Assembly: GCA_965242695.1 (NCBI GenBank)
Contig: CBDESU010000002.1
Coordinates: 928,001-992,000 of the forward strand
From: Cenarchaeum sp.
GTDB lineage: Archaea; Thermoproteota; Nitrososphaeria; Nitrososphaerales; Nitrosopumilaceae
DNA: 64,000 nt
Reading direction: 5' to 3'
Every line of letters begins with the position of its first letter. Position 1 is the first letter of the stretch. Positions 21,901 through 31,434 of this stretch are shown here, in pieces. The notes beneath the pieces are model-generated. The model was not told the DNA's origin. It worked only from the letters and a program-made list of their open reading frames with translations, and did no database searches. A program made the translations under genes and the position numbers.

Positions 21901-21985
21901 GCAGGGCCGCTGCGGCTGCGGCGGCCGCCACTGCGAGCAGGGCGCCCCCGCGCGCCCCCACGCGCCCCCCCGAGCCGCGCCCCAT
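18983..21985 (-). CDS. CopC-CopD fusion with C-terminal Vgb/NHL-like beta-propeller
   Basis: Mature N-terminal His (AAAHP), SRVDGH (CopC); GH..HNL..AAWIGG (CopD); repeated W-F-T/V propeller strands; TTTAAT box about 22010. Confidence 0.88.
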   Translation of the reverse strand: MGRGSGGRVGARGGALLAVAAAAAAAALLASAASAGPAAAHPFTDDTMPARFSSAPVGTSEVIVWYSESVEIGHSSLEVFDGEGARVDNGDTAYYGDGDAALIVTTQPLEEGTYTVASKVLSRVDGHLVPSAFVFGVGDAVIEDAAAAGAAGELGIDDLIFFEQAGSRFPGLAGQTVVLGAVISSLLVWAGVARRHAGGYGGGGEEGRLAAAVHSKTMTLVGIGLVAVLASNMLMLAVQMVALDAPAGSVLQTSFGTTWIVRMGITAALIGAWFAAERRRSPSVLGMMPLLALSLALIATTTMMGHGMASGEAAAVALDYLHNLVAAAWIGGVAYLAFALLPALRGRGAAGAGAGGALMLAAIPRFTVVAAVSIGLVVVSGPLLMWTLDGDIGEVAGSAYGRLIMAKVGLALAMVGIAVHHHRVAAAAAVALRGGRRFDLLGRIGPGLKAEAAVGMVLIGAVALLSNSTLPDGEIQNRGAAAEASAAGAGPAYAGLAAVEYTGAAAFGVEVRPFAPGANTVRVAVAGHDGGPLGDVEGVKVKVSNPLRGISPIEVPVRAEGDANANSGDGPEGEESGGIETYAADVSFGFPGRWQLEIEALRSGSANEAVAMDLLVKPRLADVDARIAEYDFPAGADAPLFPQYDPATGTIWITDASAPVIWAFSPGDESFTAYPFDGQAGIALDVDPSDGRVWFTDVREGRIGYVDPASNSSGSVEFPQIVPVLERSLAVSIDADGEGGVWAAIINKGVVARYDRHTGEFDLHRLPDGSAPFGIAVDPGRGSVWFAQQGSGSIGRLDTATGEIDELAPGWGPLMTPETLTVAPDGSLWISEHQEGGAVARYDPLLGRFERVPAPDPAAFPNSAVLDRYRNVWFAMHTVDKLGVHDPLTGETASVPVPSAGSWVQFMTADGDGNVWFVEQGTAKLGRLSVGYAPAAVGGAAGGQEAPAAAEEEAGPAYSEVAGPLMAAGIVAASLMVVRGVWDRREADEIVESCGKAQAD

Positions 21986-22054
21986 GCGGCATCCTGCCGC
22001 CGCGCCAATTAAAGCGCTTGCAACCTTAAAATCGCCGCCCCGCCGCCCCGCGCC

Positions 22055-22738
22055 GTGAAGCGCCCCCTGCCGGCACTTGCCGCCGCGGCCGCCCTGCTCG
22101 CCTTGCCCGCCCTGCTGGCGGGCGGTGCGTCGGCGCACACGACCGTCGCCGTCGGGGAGTACGAGATCGAGGCCGGCTGGGGGACCGAGCCGCCCATCGT
22201 CGGCATACGCAACACGTTCGTCTTCGAGGTGAGCATGCCGGGCGAGCGCGAGGGCGTCAAGACCGGCGTGAGGAACGCGTTCTCGTCCATGGATGCGACG
22301 GCCAGGTTCGGGGGCGCCGAAAAGATGCTCGACGTGAGCGCGGCGCCCGCGCCGGGCCACTACTACTCGAACGTCATCCCGACGCGGACGGGGTCGTACT
22401 CTGTGCAGTTCAGCGGCGAGATCGACGGGACGGCGGTCGACGTCGACGTGGGGGTCGAGGATGTCGAGACGACGGCCGTCCTCGACTTTCCGCCCCGCTC
22501 GGGCGGAGGGGGCGGCGATCCCGGCAGCGACGCGGTCTGGGCCGCGATAAGGCAGCTGCAGGCGGGATCGGGCGGGGACGGGATAGGCGGCGTCGGCGGC
22601 CAGCCGGGGCAGGATCCGGGCGCGCAGCGGCCCGAGCGGGGCGGCGATCCGGCCGCGTACGACTATGCAGTGGTCGCGCTCTCGCTGGCGGCCGCCGGCG
22701 TGGTCCTGTCCGTCGTCTCGATGGTCCGACGGCGGTAG
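22055..22738 (+). CDS. exported protein with N-terminal His and C-terminal TM anchor, divergent from copCD
   Basis: Signal ...ASA-HTT, GWGTEPP motif, terminal TM + RRR. Confidence 0.8.
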   Translation: MKRPLPALAAAAALLALPALLAGGASAHTTVAVGEYEIEAGWGTEPPIVGIRNTFVFEVSMPGEREGVKTGVRNAFSSMDATARFGGAEKMLDVSAAPAPGHYYSNVIPTRTGSYSVQFSGEIDGTAVDVDVGVEDVETTAVLDFPPRSGGGGGDPGSDAVWAAIRQLQAGSGGDGIGGVGGQPGQDPGAQRPERGGDPAAYDYAVVALSLAAAGVVLSVVSMVRRR

Positions 22739-23136
22739 GCAAGAGCCCGCGCCCCGGGCGGCCCGGGGCGGCGTGGCCGGCCAAGAGCCGCGGCCCGTCG
22801 GGCGGGACCGCGCATCCGCGGGGATCCTGGCACGCCGCGAAAAAATGTGAAAGAAACCTGGCCGCGATGCAATGGCGGCACTGCCGCCCCCTCTACGGCC
22901 CCCTTCCCCGGGCATTCGAGGGGAAGGGAGCCTGCCAAAAAGCCCTCGGATTTTTCCGATTTTTGTTTTTAGCGCCACGCGGCCAGCTTGAGGCGGTTTA
23001 CGGCGCAGTCGCCGGATCTGGGACAAAAAGATCGGAGGCTGTAAGCCGAGCAGTCTATCCAGAGTTGGGCCCCCTTTTTTCACATTTAGAAAGAAAAGCA
23101 CGAAAGGCCCCACAGTTCTCGATCAAGACGCCCCAA

Positions 23137-23370
23137 CTATCGATACTTTTTTTTAACCAAGTGTATGCCAATGGCCAGGGGAACAACACCCACCAAGCGC
23201 GACAGGAGGCCTAGATGGTCCAGCACCCCGTGTTCGCCAGCGAATTCTATGCCCAGACCCTGCCCCGTGGCCAAGCTGTACGCTGCAACAAGCGCCATCA
23301 GCACGAAGACCCACAAGAAATAAAACGACAATGCTATAAGGGCACAGCCGAGTAACTTTAAGTAGTTCAT
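23137..23370 (-). CDS. small 2-TM partner protein (family A, putative immunity)
   Basis: Two hydrophobic helices + KKKYR tail; 15 nt downstream of precursor A1; paralog at 25131. Confidence 0.75.
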   Translation of the reverse strand: MNYLKLLGCALIALSFYFLWVFVLMALVAAYSLATGQGLGIEFAGEHGVLDHLGLLSRLVGVVPLAIGIHLVKKKYR

Positions 23371-23385
23371 GAGAAAAAAGCGCCC

Positions 23386-24315
23386 CTACGTCGCCAATAG
23401 AGTCGAAGTCGTAGAGCCCAGCTGGGTTGTCAGGGATTGCGAAGATACTTCATATGTATTCGTTGTCGTAATGAGAGTTAATCTCCCTGGGCCGAATGCG
23501 TTGCACCATACACTTGCAGACTCGATCGGATTTGTAGCTGTAAGGGTACACACCTGGGCTTTGACATGGCCGCCTCTTGGATTTGATGAAGCCAAAACGT
23601 GATGCCTCTTGACGGTTTCGACATGTTCAAATTCTAGACAGGTCGAATCCCTCCTCTCTGTTATACGCTTGTCCATGTCTGCGGGATAGGAAAACGACCC
23701 CGTGATTTGCGCCCTGCCATTTGTATACGATGTTAACACGGAATGTGCCAATCCCGACACAAATGACAAGTCGCGGCAATCGTATTGATGCTGATAATGG
23801 TTGTTGTTTCTTCTTACGTCCATGGACGGAGACGCGTGACTTGCCGAAAACGATGTCGGATGGTTGATGGCCGGCATCATGATCATCTGGTCGTAGCTGG
23901 CGACGGAATTGGCCAGGGTTGAACTTGCGTCGTCGCGAGAATCAACAAAGTCGCCCGGCTCGTATGTGGCATGAAGAAGCACAAGCAGTTGATCCGTAGT
24001 CAGGTTTTGGTACTGTGGTGCCGTGCCTCCGAGATTATGTGACGACTGCACTATGGCTTTGGCTATGCCTAGCCTGGTGATCACGTTTTCTAGTGCCTCT
24101 TGGCGCTCCGAATGGCTTTCGCCGTCAAGCTCTCTTTTATAGTCGTGTATGGCGGACTCCAAGGCCGCCAAGTCACCCGTGTGACTGACTGGCCCGACTG
24201 GCCCGGCCGTTGTCCCGCCCGGCACCTGCGCTGTGGACATCCCGATAGGGACGAACAGCAATACCGTCAACACTGCTGCCATGCATGTGGCTGCTTTTGC
24301 AGCTTTTGCTGTCAT
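23386..24315 (-). CDS. secreted precursor, family A copy 1 (putative toxin)
   Basis: TTATATAA 22 nt upstream of ATG; signal peptide; helical pro-region; 4-Cys, Thr/Ser-rich C-domain; lower GC. Confidence 0.75.
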   Translation of the reverse strand: MTAKAAKAATCMAAVLTVLLFVPIGMSTAQVPGGTTAGPVGPVSHTGDLAALESAIHDYKRELDGESHSERQEALENVITRLGIAKAIVQSSHNLGGTAPQYQNLTTDQLLVLLHATYEPGDFVDSRDDASSTLANSVASYDQMIMMPAINHPTSFSASHASPSMDVRRNNNHYQHQYDCRDLSFVSGLAHSVLTSYTNGRAQITGSFSYPADMDKRITERRDSTCLEFEHVETVKRHHVLASSNPRGGHVKAQVCTLTATNPIESASVWCNAFGPGRLTLITTTNTYEVSSQSLTTQLGSTTSTLLAT

Positions 24316-24337
24316 TGCACGGCCATGCATGCGCTCG

Positions 24338-24374
24338 TTATATAAGGGGGTCTTGAACGATATGGAGTGCCTAG
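24338..24374 (-). promoter_or_regulatory. CTAGGCACTCC-N18-TTATATAA promoter
   Basis: Motif 24364-24374, TATA 24338-24345. Confidence 0.75.
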
Positions 24375-24502
24375 AGGCGTGAGATCGGCCCACGCCTGCA
24401 CATCCCCGCCTGGACGTGCCCTGTGCCATGACCTGGCGGTTTGCCGCCCCCACCTGCCGTTGATGCGGACGAAACGGCCCTTGGGGCATATGGCAGGCAG
24501 CC

Positions 24503-24731
24503 ACGACGGCCGTCCCCGGCTTTCCGCCCACTCGGCAGCTGGCATCAACGATCCCGGTAGCGACGCGGTCTGGGCCGCGATAAGGCCGCTGCAGGCCGGC
24601 TCGGGCGGAACCCGGGCGCGCAGCTGCCCGAGCGGGGCGGCGATCCTGACGCGTACGGCTACGCCGTGGTCGCATCTCGCTGCCGCGGCCGCCGTGGTCC
24701 TGTCCGTCGCCTCAATGGTCCGACGGCGGTA
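24503..24731 (+). pseudogene. degenerate copy of the 3' end of gene 22055..22738
   Basis: Encodes DPGSDAVWAAIR..VLSVASMVRRR; downstream DNA also parallels 22739-23140. Confidence 0.8.
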
Positions 24732-25130
24732 GGCAAGAGCCCGCGCCCCTGGCCGCCCGGGACGGCAGGGCTGGCCAGAAGCCGCGGCCCGCCGAGCGGG
24801 GCCGCGCATCCTGCGGGATCCTGGCACGCCGCGAAAAATGTGAAAGAAACCTGGCCGCGATGCAATGGCGGCACTGCCGCCCCTTCCGCGGCCCCCACTC
24901 CCCCAGCATTCGGGGGACGGGGGCACCCAAAAAGCCACTGCGGATTTCCCGGTTTTCGTTTTCAGCGTTGCTCAACCGACTTGAGGCGGTTTGTGGCGCA
25001 GGCGGACAGCCGGGCCAAAAAGATCGGAATCTGTAAGCCGAGCGCGCATCCAAAGCTGGGACCCTGCCTCTTTTCCACATCCAGAAAAACAGGCAAAGGC
25101 CGCGGACGGACTTCGATCAGAACACCTTCG

Positions 25131-25355
25131 TCACCGGTACTTTTTTTTGACCAAGTATATGCCAATGGCCAAGGGAACAATACCCGCTAGACTCTCTAGG
25201 ACGGCCAGCACACTCAATTCGCCGGCGAATTCTATGCCCAGGCCCTGCCCCGTAAACAAGTTGTACGCCACAACAAGCGCTGACAATACGTACGCCCAGT
25301 AGAAATAAAACGACCAAGCTATAAGCGCATAGCCTAGCAGCTTTAAGCGGTTCAT
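25131..25355 (-). CDS. small 2-TM partner protein (family A copy 2)
   Basis: Paralog of 23137..23370 (shared TGQGLGIEFAGE, PLAIGI, KKKYR). Confidence 0.75.
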   Translation of the reverse strand: MNRLKLLGYALIAWSFYFYWAYVLSALVVAYNLFTGQGLGIEFAGELSVLAVLESLAGIVPLAIGIYLVKKKYR

Positions 25356-25374
25356 GGCGAAAAAAAGAGCGGAG

Positions 25375-26307
25375 CTACCACGTCACTAATACAGTCGAAG
25401 TCGTAGAGCCCAGCTGGGTTGTCAGGGATTGCGAAGATGCTTCATATGTATTCGTTGTCGTAATGAGAGTTAATCTCCCTGGGCCGAATGCGTTGCACCA
25501 TACACTTGCAGACTCGATCGGATTTGTAGCTGTAAGGGTACACACCTGGGCTTTGACATGGCCGCCTCTTGGATTTGATGAAGCCAAAACGTGATGCCTC
25601 TTGACGGTTTCGACATGTTCAAATTCTAGACAGGTCGAATCCCTCCTCTCTGTTATACGCTTGTCCATGTCTGCGGGATAGGAAAACGACCCCGTGATTT
25701 GCGCCCTGCCATTTGTATACGATGTTAACACGGAATGTGCCAATCCCGACACAAATGACAAGTCGCGGCAATCGTATTGATGCTGATAATGGTTGTTGTT
25801 TCTTCTTACGTCCATGGACGGAGACGCGTGACTTGCCGAAAACGATGTCGGATGGTTGATGGCCGGCATCATGATCATCTGGTCGTAGCTGGCGACGGAA
25901 TTGGCCAGGGTTGAACTTGCGTCGTCGCGAGAATCAACAAAGTCGCCCGGCTCGTATGTGGCATGAAGAAGCACAAGCAGTTGATCCGTAGTCAGGTTTT
26001 GGTACTGTGGTGCCATGCCTCCGAGATTATGTGACGACTGCACTATGGCTTTGGCTATGCCTAGCCTGGTGATCACGTTTTCTAGTGCCTCTTGGCGCTC
26101 CGAATGACTTTCGCCGTCAAGCTCTCTTTTATAGTCGTGTATGGCGGACTCCAAGGCCGCCAAGTCACCCGTGTGACTGACTGGCCCGACTGACCCGGCA
26201 GTTGTCCCGCCAGGCACCTGCGCTGTGGACATCCCGATAGGGACGAACAGCAATACCGTCAACACTGCTGCCATGCATGTGGCTGCTTTTGCAGCTTTTG
26301 CTGTCAT
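25375..26307 (-). CDS. secreted precursor, family A copy 2
   Basis: Near-identical to 23386..24315 except three substitutions and the terminal residues (VLVTW vs LLAT). Confidence 0.75.
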   Translation of the reverse strand: MTAKAAKAATCMAAVLTVLLFVPIGMSTAQVPGGTTAGSVGPVSHTGDLAALESAIHDYKRELDGESHSERQEALENVITRLGIAKAIVQSSHNLGGMAPQYQNLTTDQLLVLLHATYEPGDFVDSRDDASSTLANSVASYDQMIMMPAINHPTSFSASHASPSMDVRRNNNHYQHQYDCRDLSFVSGLAHSVLTSYTNGRAQITGSFSYPADMDKRITERRDSTCLEFEHVETVKRHHVLASSNPRGGHVKAQVCTLTATNPIESASVWCNAFGPGRLTLITTTNTYEASSQSLTTQLGSTTSTVLVTW

Positions 26308-26329
26308 TGCACGGCCATGCATGCGCTCG

Positions 26330-26366
26330 TTATATAAGGGGGTCTTGAACGATATGGAGTGCCTAG
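26330..26366 (-). promoter_or_regulatory. CTAGGCACTCC-N18-TTATATAA promoter
   Basis: Motif 26356-26366, TATA 26330-26337. Confidence 0.75.
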
Positions 26367-26539
26367 AGGCGTGAGATCGGCCCCACGCCTGTACGTCCTC
26401 ATCTGGGCGTGCCGCCGCCTCCTGCTGGGCGTGCCCTGTGTCACAACTGGTGCTTTGACGCTTGACGACTGCCGTTGATGCAGACGAAACGGGCTTTGGG
26501 GCGTGTGGTCGGCCGCCACGACGCCTGCCCCTCTGCTCG

Positions 26540-26805
26540 ACACGACGGCTGTTCTCGGCTTTCCGCCCCGATCGGGCGAATGCGGCGATCCCGGCAGCGA
26601 CGCGGTCTGGGCCGCGATGGGGCAGCTGCAGGTCGGCTCGGGCAGGGTCGGGATAGACGTGATCGGCTGCCAGTCGGGGCAGGACCCGAACATGCGGCAA
26701 CGGCAGACCGAGCGGGGCGGCTATCCGGCCGCGTACGACTATGCCATGGTTGCGCCCTCGCTGGCGGCAACAGATGCAGTCTTGGCCGCAGTCCCAATGG
26801 TTTGA
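26540..26805 (+). pseudogene. third, degenerate copy of the 3' end of gene 22055..22738
   Basis: TTAVLGFPPRSG..DPGSDAVWAA..PAAYDYA matches the intact gene. Confidence 0.8.
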
Positions 26806-26919
26806 AAGCGGTAGACAACCTAGCCCCCATCCTTAGATTTATCCGAATCTCATCCGTTGCCGGCGCGCTCAAACATGAGAGTGCATACGGCACATTTCGG
26901 CGTGGTCGCGGCGGTGGTC

Positions 26920-27426
26920 CTAGGGCCAAGCGAGGACAGGGGGCTTGTAGTCGTAGAACTCTCTGTTGATCCTGTCCAGCTCCGAGGCAGTAAGGTGGTC
27001 TTTTTTGTAGTCTATGATCGCCATCATGACCACCTTGTCGCGCTCGTCGTGGAATGCGATCTCCCTGAGCGTGATCCCCTCGGGATCCACTATCCTGTAG
27101 ATCCTAGTCCCGTTTGGATAGTAGTCGCGATAGGTGGTGCTCTCTGGCGACCAGCCCATGCCGCTGCTGCTGGACCCGTTGTCCAGGTCGTTCGGAAACA
27201 GCACGATCATTTTGCCGTCCCAGTCGGCGCTCATTAGCAGCCCATAGTTGTTGTGCGTCATGTATATGCCAGACTCCCTCATCTCCCAGAACAACCTGTG
27301 AACCGCCCTGTCAAGGTCGTGGTGCGACCCTATGCTCACAATGGGCATGCCGTAGACGACTCCCGCCGCAAAGGAGGCCGCGACGGACAGGGTTGCTAGT
27401 CCTGCCCACAAGATCCTTTGGTCCAT
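26920..27426 (-). CDS. N-terminally anchored partner protein (family B, putative immunity)
   Basis: TM then YGMPIVS..DLDR, FPNDLD, FHDERDK; 17 nt after precursor B1; paralogs at 31435 and 41157. Confidence 0.75.
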   Translation of the reverse strand: MDQRILWAGLATLSVAASFAAGVVYGMPIVSIGSHHDLDRAVHRLFWEMRESGIYMTHNNYGLLMSADWDGKMIVLFPNDLDNGSSSSGMGWSPESTTYRDYYPNGTRIYRIVDPEGITLREIAFHDERDKVVMMAIIDYKKDHLTASELDRINREFYDYKPPVLAWP

Positions 27427-27443
27427 CGTTGTACTCCGTGCGT

Positions 27444-28511
27444 TTACGGGGTAAATGAATAGCTTGTAAAAGTGGTATAAACAGTAGACTCAGCCCGTGC
27501 ATTCTGGTTTCTCAAGTGCCCGTAATCGTTCACATACCCGTCGTCGTCATACACGGTCACCATGTTGCTTGTGTGGCCAGGGCCGGTGATCTGCGCCCTT
27601 GCCACCACTCTGTCGTAGTCAACCCCGTAGTTGGTGAGCCTAACAAAGATGGACGGATCTTGTATGTGGTATCGCTTTGAGCGGATCTGTTGGGATTCTA
27701 TCCCGCTGCCTACATTTGGTTCAAAGTCAAAGCAGCTCGGCACCGATGCCTCGCATGGCTCATAGACTAGGTGTATGCTTGCTATGTGGAACCCATAAGT
27801 CATGACGGGCGTCACCCGCCCAAACCTGTCTGTCATGGAGTCAATGCCCCAATCACAGCCGGGCGTAAGCCTACAGTATTCGTCCAGCCTTATTTTGCTC
27901 CAAAACTCTCCGTCCTCGATGTCCACCTCTTCGGGCACCCCGCCCGCATCTATCATGGCATTCACCGGCGCAACCAGCCGCGGCACAAGGCGCAGCTTGT
28001 CCTCGCCCACCAGGTCCGCCAGCCTCTGGTCGATGGACCCGGTGCTGTCGGGCACTTCGTATCTTTCGAACGCCCACCTGTAGAACTTTTCCTGCTGGGG
28101 AGTGTGGTCGGCCGTCCCGCCCAAGACGTTCTTCTTTGCGGCCAGGGCGGCTATCTCGTGGGCGTTGACATACCGCCCGATCTCGGTCTCGGCGTTGTAC
28201 GCTGCTATGTACTCCTTGCCCCTCTGCTGGTTCCACACGCTCCCCCCCGCAAGGTGCTCTACATACGACTTGAAATTCTCGTGCCGGATCGCGTCCTGGG
28301 GGGATGCCGCCCACGTGCGGTTGTCTATGCGATCGATGTTTGTCAGGGGGGACGTGCTGTTGGGGGGCGCAGTGGCCAACGGGGGCGGTACGCGGGCCCC
28401 GCCTTCGCCCGCCGACGTCACGCCGTCTACGGGATGCGCACCCGTGCTGGCCACCGTGACAATCAGCACCGACGCCACCAGGAGCGGCAGCATTGCCGCT
28501 AGTCCATGCAT
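27444..28511 (-). CDS. secreted precursor, family B copy 1
   Basis: TTATATAA 28532-28539; signal peptide; paralog of 30355..31419 in inverted orientation. Confidence 0.78.
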   Translation of the reverse strand: MHGLAAMLPLLVASVLIVTVASTGAHPVDGVTSAGEGGARVPPPLATAPPNSTSPLTNIDRIDNRTWAASPQDAIRHENFKSYVEHLAGGSVWNQQRGKEYIAAYNAETEIGRYVNAHEIAALAAKKNVLGGTADHTPQQEKFYRWAFERYEVPDSTGSIDQRLADLVGEDKLRLVPRLVAPVNAMIDAGGVPEEVDIEDGEFWSKIRLDEYCRLTPGCDWGIDSMTDRFGRVTPVMTYGFHIASIHLVYEPCEASVPSCFDFEPNVGSGIESQQIRSKRYHIQDPSIFVRLTNYGVDYDRVVARAQITGPGHTSNMVTVYDDDGYVNDYGHLRNQNARAESTVYTTFTSYSFTP

Positions 28512-28894
28512 GACAGGCAGATGCCGCCCCGTTATATAACTAGGCGGTCACAGATCTGGCGTGTCTTTCGATGCGGCTAGCGCTGCGAGGCACGCCCTAG
28601 GGGGCTTGAATCGTACTACATCCAGCATGAGGGGTGGGGCGTCCGTCAGCTGGCCGATCCTGCCTAGGGTTGTCTGCACCGGGCCAGTGCTTGGACATGC
28701 TGGTTACGCGTGAGCCGCGGCCGGCGCCGGCCTGTACGACCTGCCGCATTGTGCTATTTTCTGCCCGGATTGGGACCTGTTGACACTCTCATGTGTGCGG
28801 CCTAGTTGCCTGCACGCAAGAGGTGCCTGCACGCTGCCCTGCCTGTAGCCCCGCCACCCTTCACCAAACAGCCCTCGTCATAACCGAGTGCGGG

Positions 28895-29833
28895 CTATGG
28901 AGCCTGCCTAGCATGTGCGCGCGCCCGCCACGCCCGAACGGCGAGCCTGCGCGCGGCAAGCACGGACGCCACGGGCACTCCGGCGTACAGCGCGGCGTTG
29001 ATCAGGATCACGGCCAGGCCGTGCGAGACCATCTCGCCGTCCGAGTCGATCTCTGCGGCTTCCAGGAGGGACAGGGACGCTAGCATCGGCGCAATGCCGG
29101 CCCTGACGGCCTCTTTTAGCGCGGGACTCTGCCTCTCTAGGTCGGCCACGGCGGGCGAGAACGCATAGTACACCGCATTGAACGACTCTATGAACGACGC
29201 GCCGGCCGGCGTTCCCATGACGGCCCCGTCCCTCACCTCCCTGAGGATCTGCACCTGGCCGGCCATCTCGGTGCCGTATGCCGCCGTGGCGATCAGGCAT
29301 CCGCCCCCTCCCTGGCCGCCTCCGGGGACGGCGGCATCCGCCCCGTCGCCGTCATCCGGAATGTCCTGCGCATCTTCTGCTTGTTCCGCCCAGTCGCCCC
29401 CTCCGCCGCCGATCGTCAGGCCGAGGCTGGCCGTCTCTAGGGGTATGGGCTGGAACAGTATGCCCTTGACCCCCATCTGGACGGTGTGGGGCCCGTCGGA
29501 CTCGAACTCGATCGGGATGCTCACCGACCCCGACGACGTGTGCGTGAGCGGGATGGTCTTGACCGGGGCGCCCCCCTCGTCGGCCGACACGGTGATCTCG
29601 TAGTCTATGTGCACCTGTATGCGCTCCGTACTGGGGTTGACAAAGTCGATCTTCATCTTGGCCGGCTCGCCGGCCGAGACCGCATCCGGCTCTAGGGCAA
29701 AGTCGATGTCGAGGGTTCCCTTGTCGGTCGGGACGACCTGCGCGTTTGCCTGCGCGTACGCGGGGACTGCCGCGAGCGGGACCGCAAGGAGCGCGGCCAA
29801 GAGTAGCGCAACCTTCACGGCGTTTTTCTGCAA
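28895..29833 (-). CDS. CFI-box-CTERM surface protein
   Basis: GGGCLIATAAYG..LREVRD..FNAVYYAFSP; signal peptide. Confidence 0.88.
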   Translation of the reverse strand: MQKNAVKVALLLAALLAVPLAAVPAYAQANAQVVPTDKGTLDIDFALEPDAVSAGEPAKMKIDFVNPSTERIQVHIDYEITVSADEGGAPVKTIPLTHTSSGSVSIPIEFESDGPHTVQMGVKGILFQPIPLETASLGLTIGGGGGDWAEQAEDAQDIPDDGDGADAAVPGGGQGGGGCLIATAAYGTEMAGQVQILREVRDGAVMGTPAGASFIESFNAVYYAFSPAVADLERQSPALKEAVRAGIAPMLASLSLLEAAEIDSDGEMVSHGLAVILINAALYAGVPVASVLAARRLAVRAWRARAHARQAP

Positions 29834-30296
29834 CCGCCCGTATTAAACGCTGGCCGGGCCCTAAGAGGGCCCCGCCGGAGCGCGCCGCCCGGCGTGGTTG
29901 GGACGCCCCGGTCAGCCGTCAAGAGGAAGGCTGTCGCGTGCCCGCCGCAGCGCGCCGCCCGTGCGACGCAGGACGGGGCGCGGCCCGATGCGGCCGATCT
30001 GCGGCCGGCGAACCCCGCCGCTCTGCCAATGTGCATTCCGCAGTAGGGATGGGCAGGAAGGCCAGAGGGGGCCCGGCTCGGCAGGAACTTGCTAGGATAC
30101 GTCCGCCATACGGGGCCGACGTGGGCCGTGTCGTGTACCCTGCGTGTCCGCGCACCACCCCCGGGGCCACCTCCGCGTAGCCTCCGATCAACCGGCAGGC
30201 GCCACCCGGATCGTGATCGTGCCGCCAGACGGCACCCATCTCCCACATGCTCAACACGAGGCACGATCTGGCCCGCCTACGGTATTGTCCGTCCCA

Positions 30297-30333
30297 GTAG
30301 GCACGCCGGACCCGCCGCCGCCTCCTTATATAA
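30297..30333 (+). promoter_or_regulatory. GTAGGCACGCC-N18-TTATATAA promoter (9/11 match)
   Basis: Motif 30297-30307, TATA 30326-30333. Confidence 0.65.
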
Positions 30334-30354
30334 TGGGGCATATCCCACCGAACC

Positions 30355-31419
30355 ATGCACGGACTTACGACGACGGTGCCGCTCTTGGTGGCGTCGGTGC
30401 TGGTCGTAGCTGTGGCAGCCGTGGGCGCGCATCCCGTAGACGGCGTGACGTCGGCGGGCGAAGGCGGGGCCCGCGTACCGCCCCCGTCGGCCACTGCGCC
30501 CCCCAACAGCACGTCCCCCCTGGCAAACATAGATCGCATAGACAACCGCACGTGGGCAGCGTCCCCCCAGGACGCGATCCGGCACGAGAATTTCAAGTCG
30601 TATGTAGAGCACCTTGCGGGGGGGAGCGTGTGGAACCAGCAGAGGGGCAAGGAGTACATAGCAGCGTACAACGCCGAGACCGAGATCGGGAGGTATGTCA
30701 ACGCCCACGAGATAGCCGCCCTGGCCGCAAAGAAGAACGTCTTGGGCGGGACGGCCGACCACACTCCCCAGCAGGAAAAGTTCTACAGGTGGGCGTTCGA
30801 AAGATACGAAGTGCCCGACAGCACCGGGTCCATCGACCAGAGGCTGGCGGACCTGGTGGGCGAGGACAAGCTGAGCCTTGTGCCGCGGCTGGCGGCACCG
30901 GTGAATGCCATGATAGATGCGGGCGGGGTGCCCGAAGAGGTGAACGTAGAAGACCTGGACTTTTGGACAAAAACGAGATGGGCCGAGTACTGCAACCTCA
31001 CGCCTGGCTGCGACTGGGATGTCGAGTCCATGACGGACAGGTCTAGCGGCGTGACGCCTGTCACGACTTACGGGCGCCACATAGCCACCATACATCTTAC
31101 GTATGAACCATGCTACGCAACGATACCGACTTGCTGTGACTTTGAGCGGAACATAGGCAGCGGAATAAAATCCCTCGTGTTTCCATCAAGATACCACATA
31201 CAAGACCCGCTTATCCATGTCACGCTTACCAACTATGGCCAGGACTACGACCACGTAGTGGCAACTGCGCAGCTCACCGGCCCGGGCCTTACCAGCAACA
31301 CAGTAGTCGTGTACGACGATGACGGGTACGTAAACGGCGAAGGGTACCTGAGAAACCAGAACGCTCGGTCTGAGTCCCATGTCGAGACCACGTTTAGAAG
31401 CTACTCGTACGCTCCATGA
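30355..31419 (+). CDS. secreted precursor, family B copy 2
   Basis: Pro-region almost identical to B1; C-terminal domain after ..PEEV diverged. Confidence 0.78.
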   Translation: MHGLTTTVPLLVASVLVVAVAAVGAHPVDGVTSAGEGGARVPPPSATAPPNSTSPLANIDRIDNRTWAASPQDAIRHENFKSYVEHLAGGSVWNQQRGKEYIAAYNAETEIGRYVNAHEIAALAAKKNVLGGTADHTPQQEKFYRWAFERYEVPDSTGSIDQRLADLVGEDKLSLVPRLAAPVNAMIDAGGVPEEVNVEDLDFWTKTRWAEYCNLTPGCDWDVESMTDRSSGVTPVTTYGRHIATIHLTYEPCYATIPTCCDFERNIGSGIKSLVFPSRYHIQDPLIHVTLTNYGQDYDHVVATAQLTGPGLTSNTVVVYDDDGYVNGEGYLRNQNARSESHVETTFRSYSYAP

Positions 31420-31434
31420 ACCCGGGTGTGGCCC

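Noticed and set aside
21986-23113. N-terminal 376 aa of the 1376-aa ORF
   Set aside because: Antisense to gene 22055..22738; signal peptide and TATA place the start at 21985
27444-31419. Diversity-generating retroelement TR/VR pair
   Set aside because: Both copies are full coding genes, differences include an indel and do not appear adenine-restricted, and no reverse transcriptase is in the window
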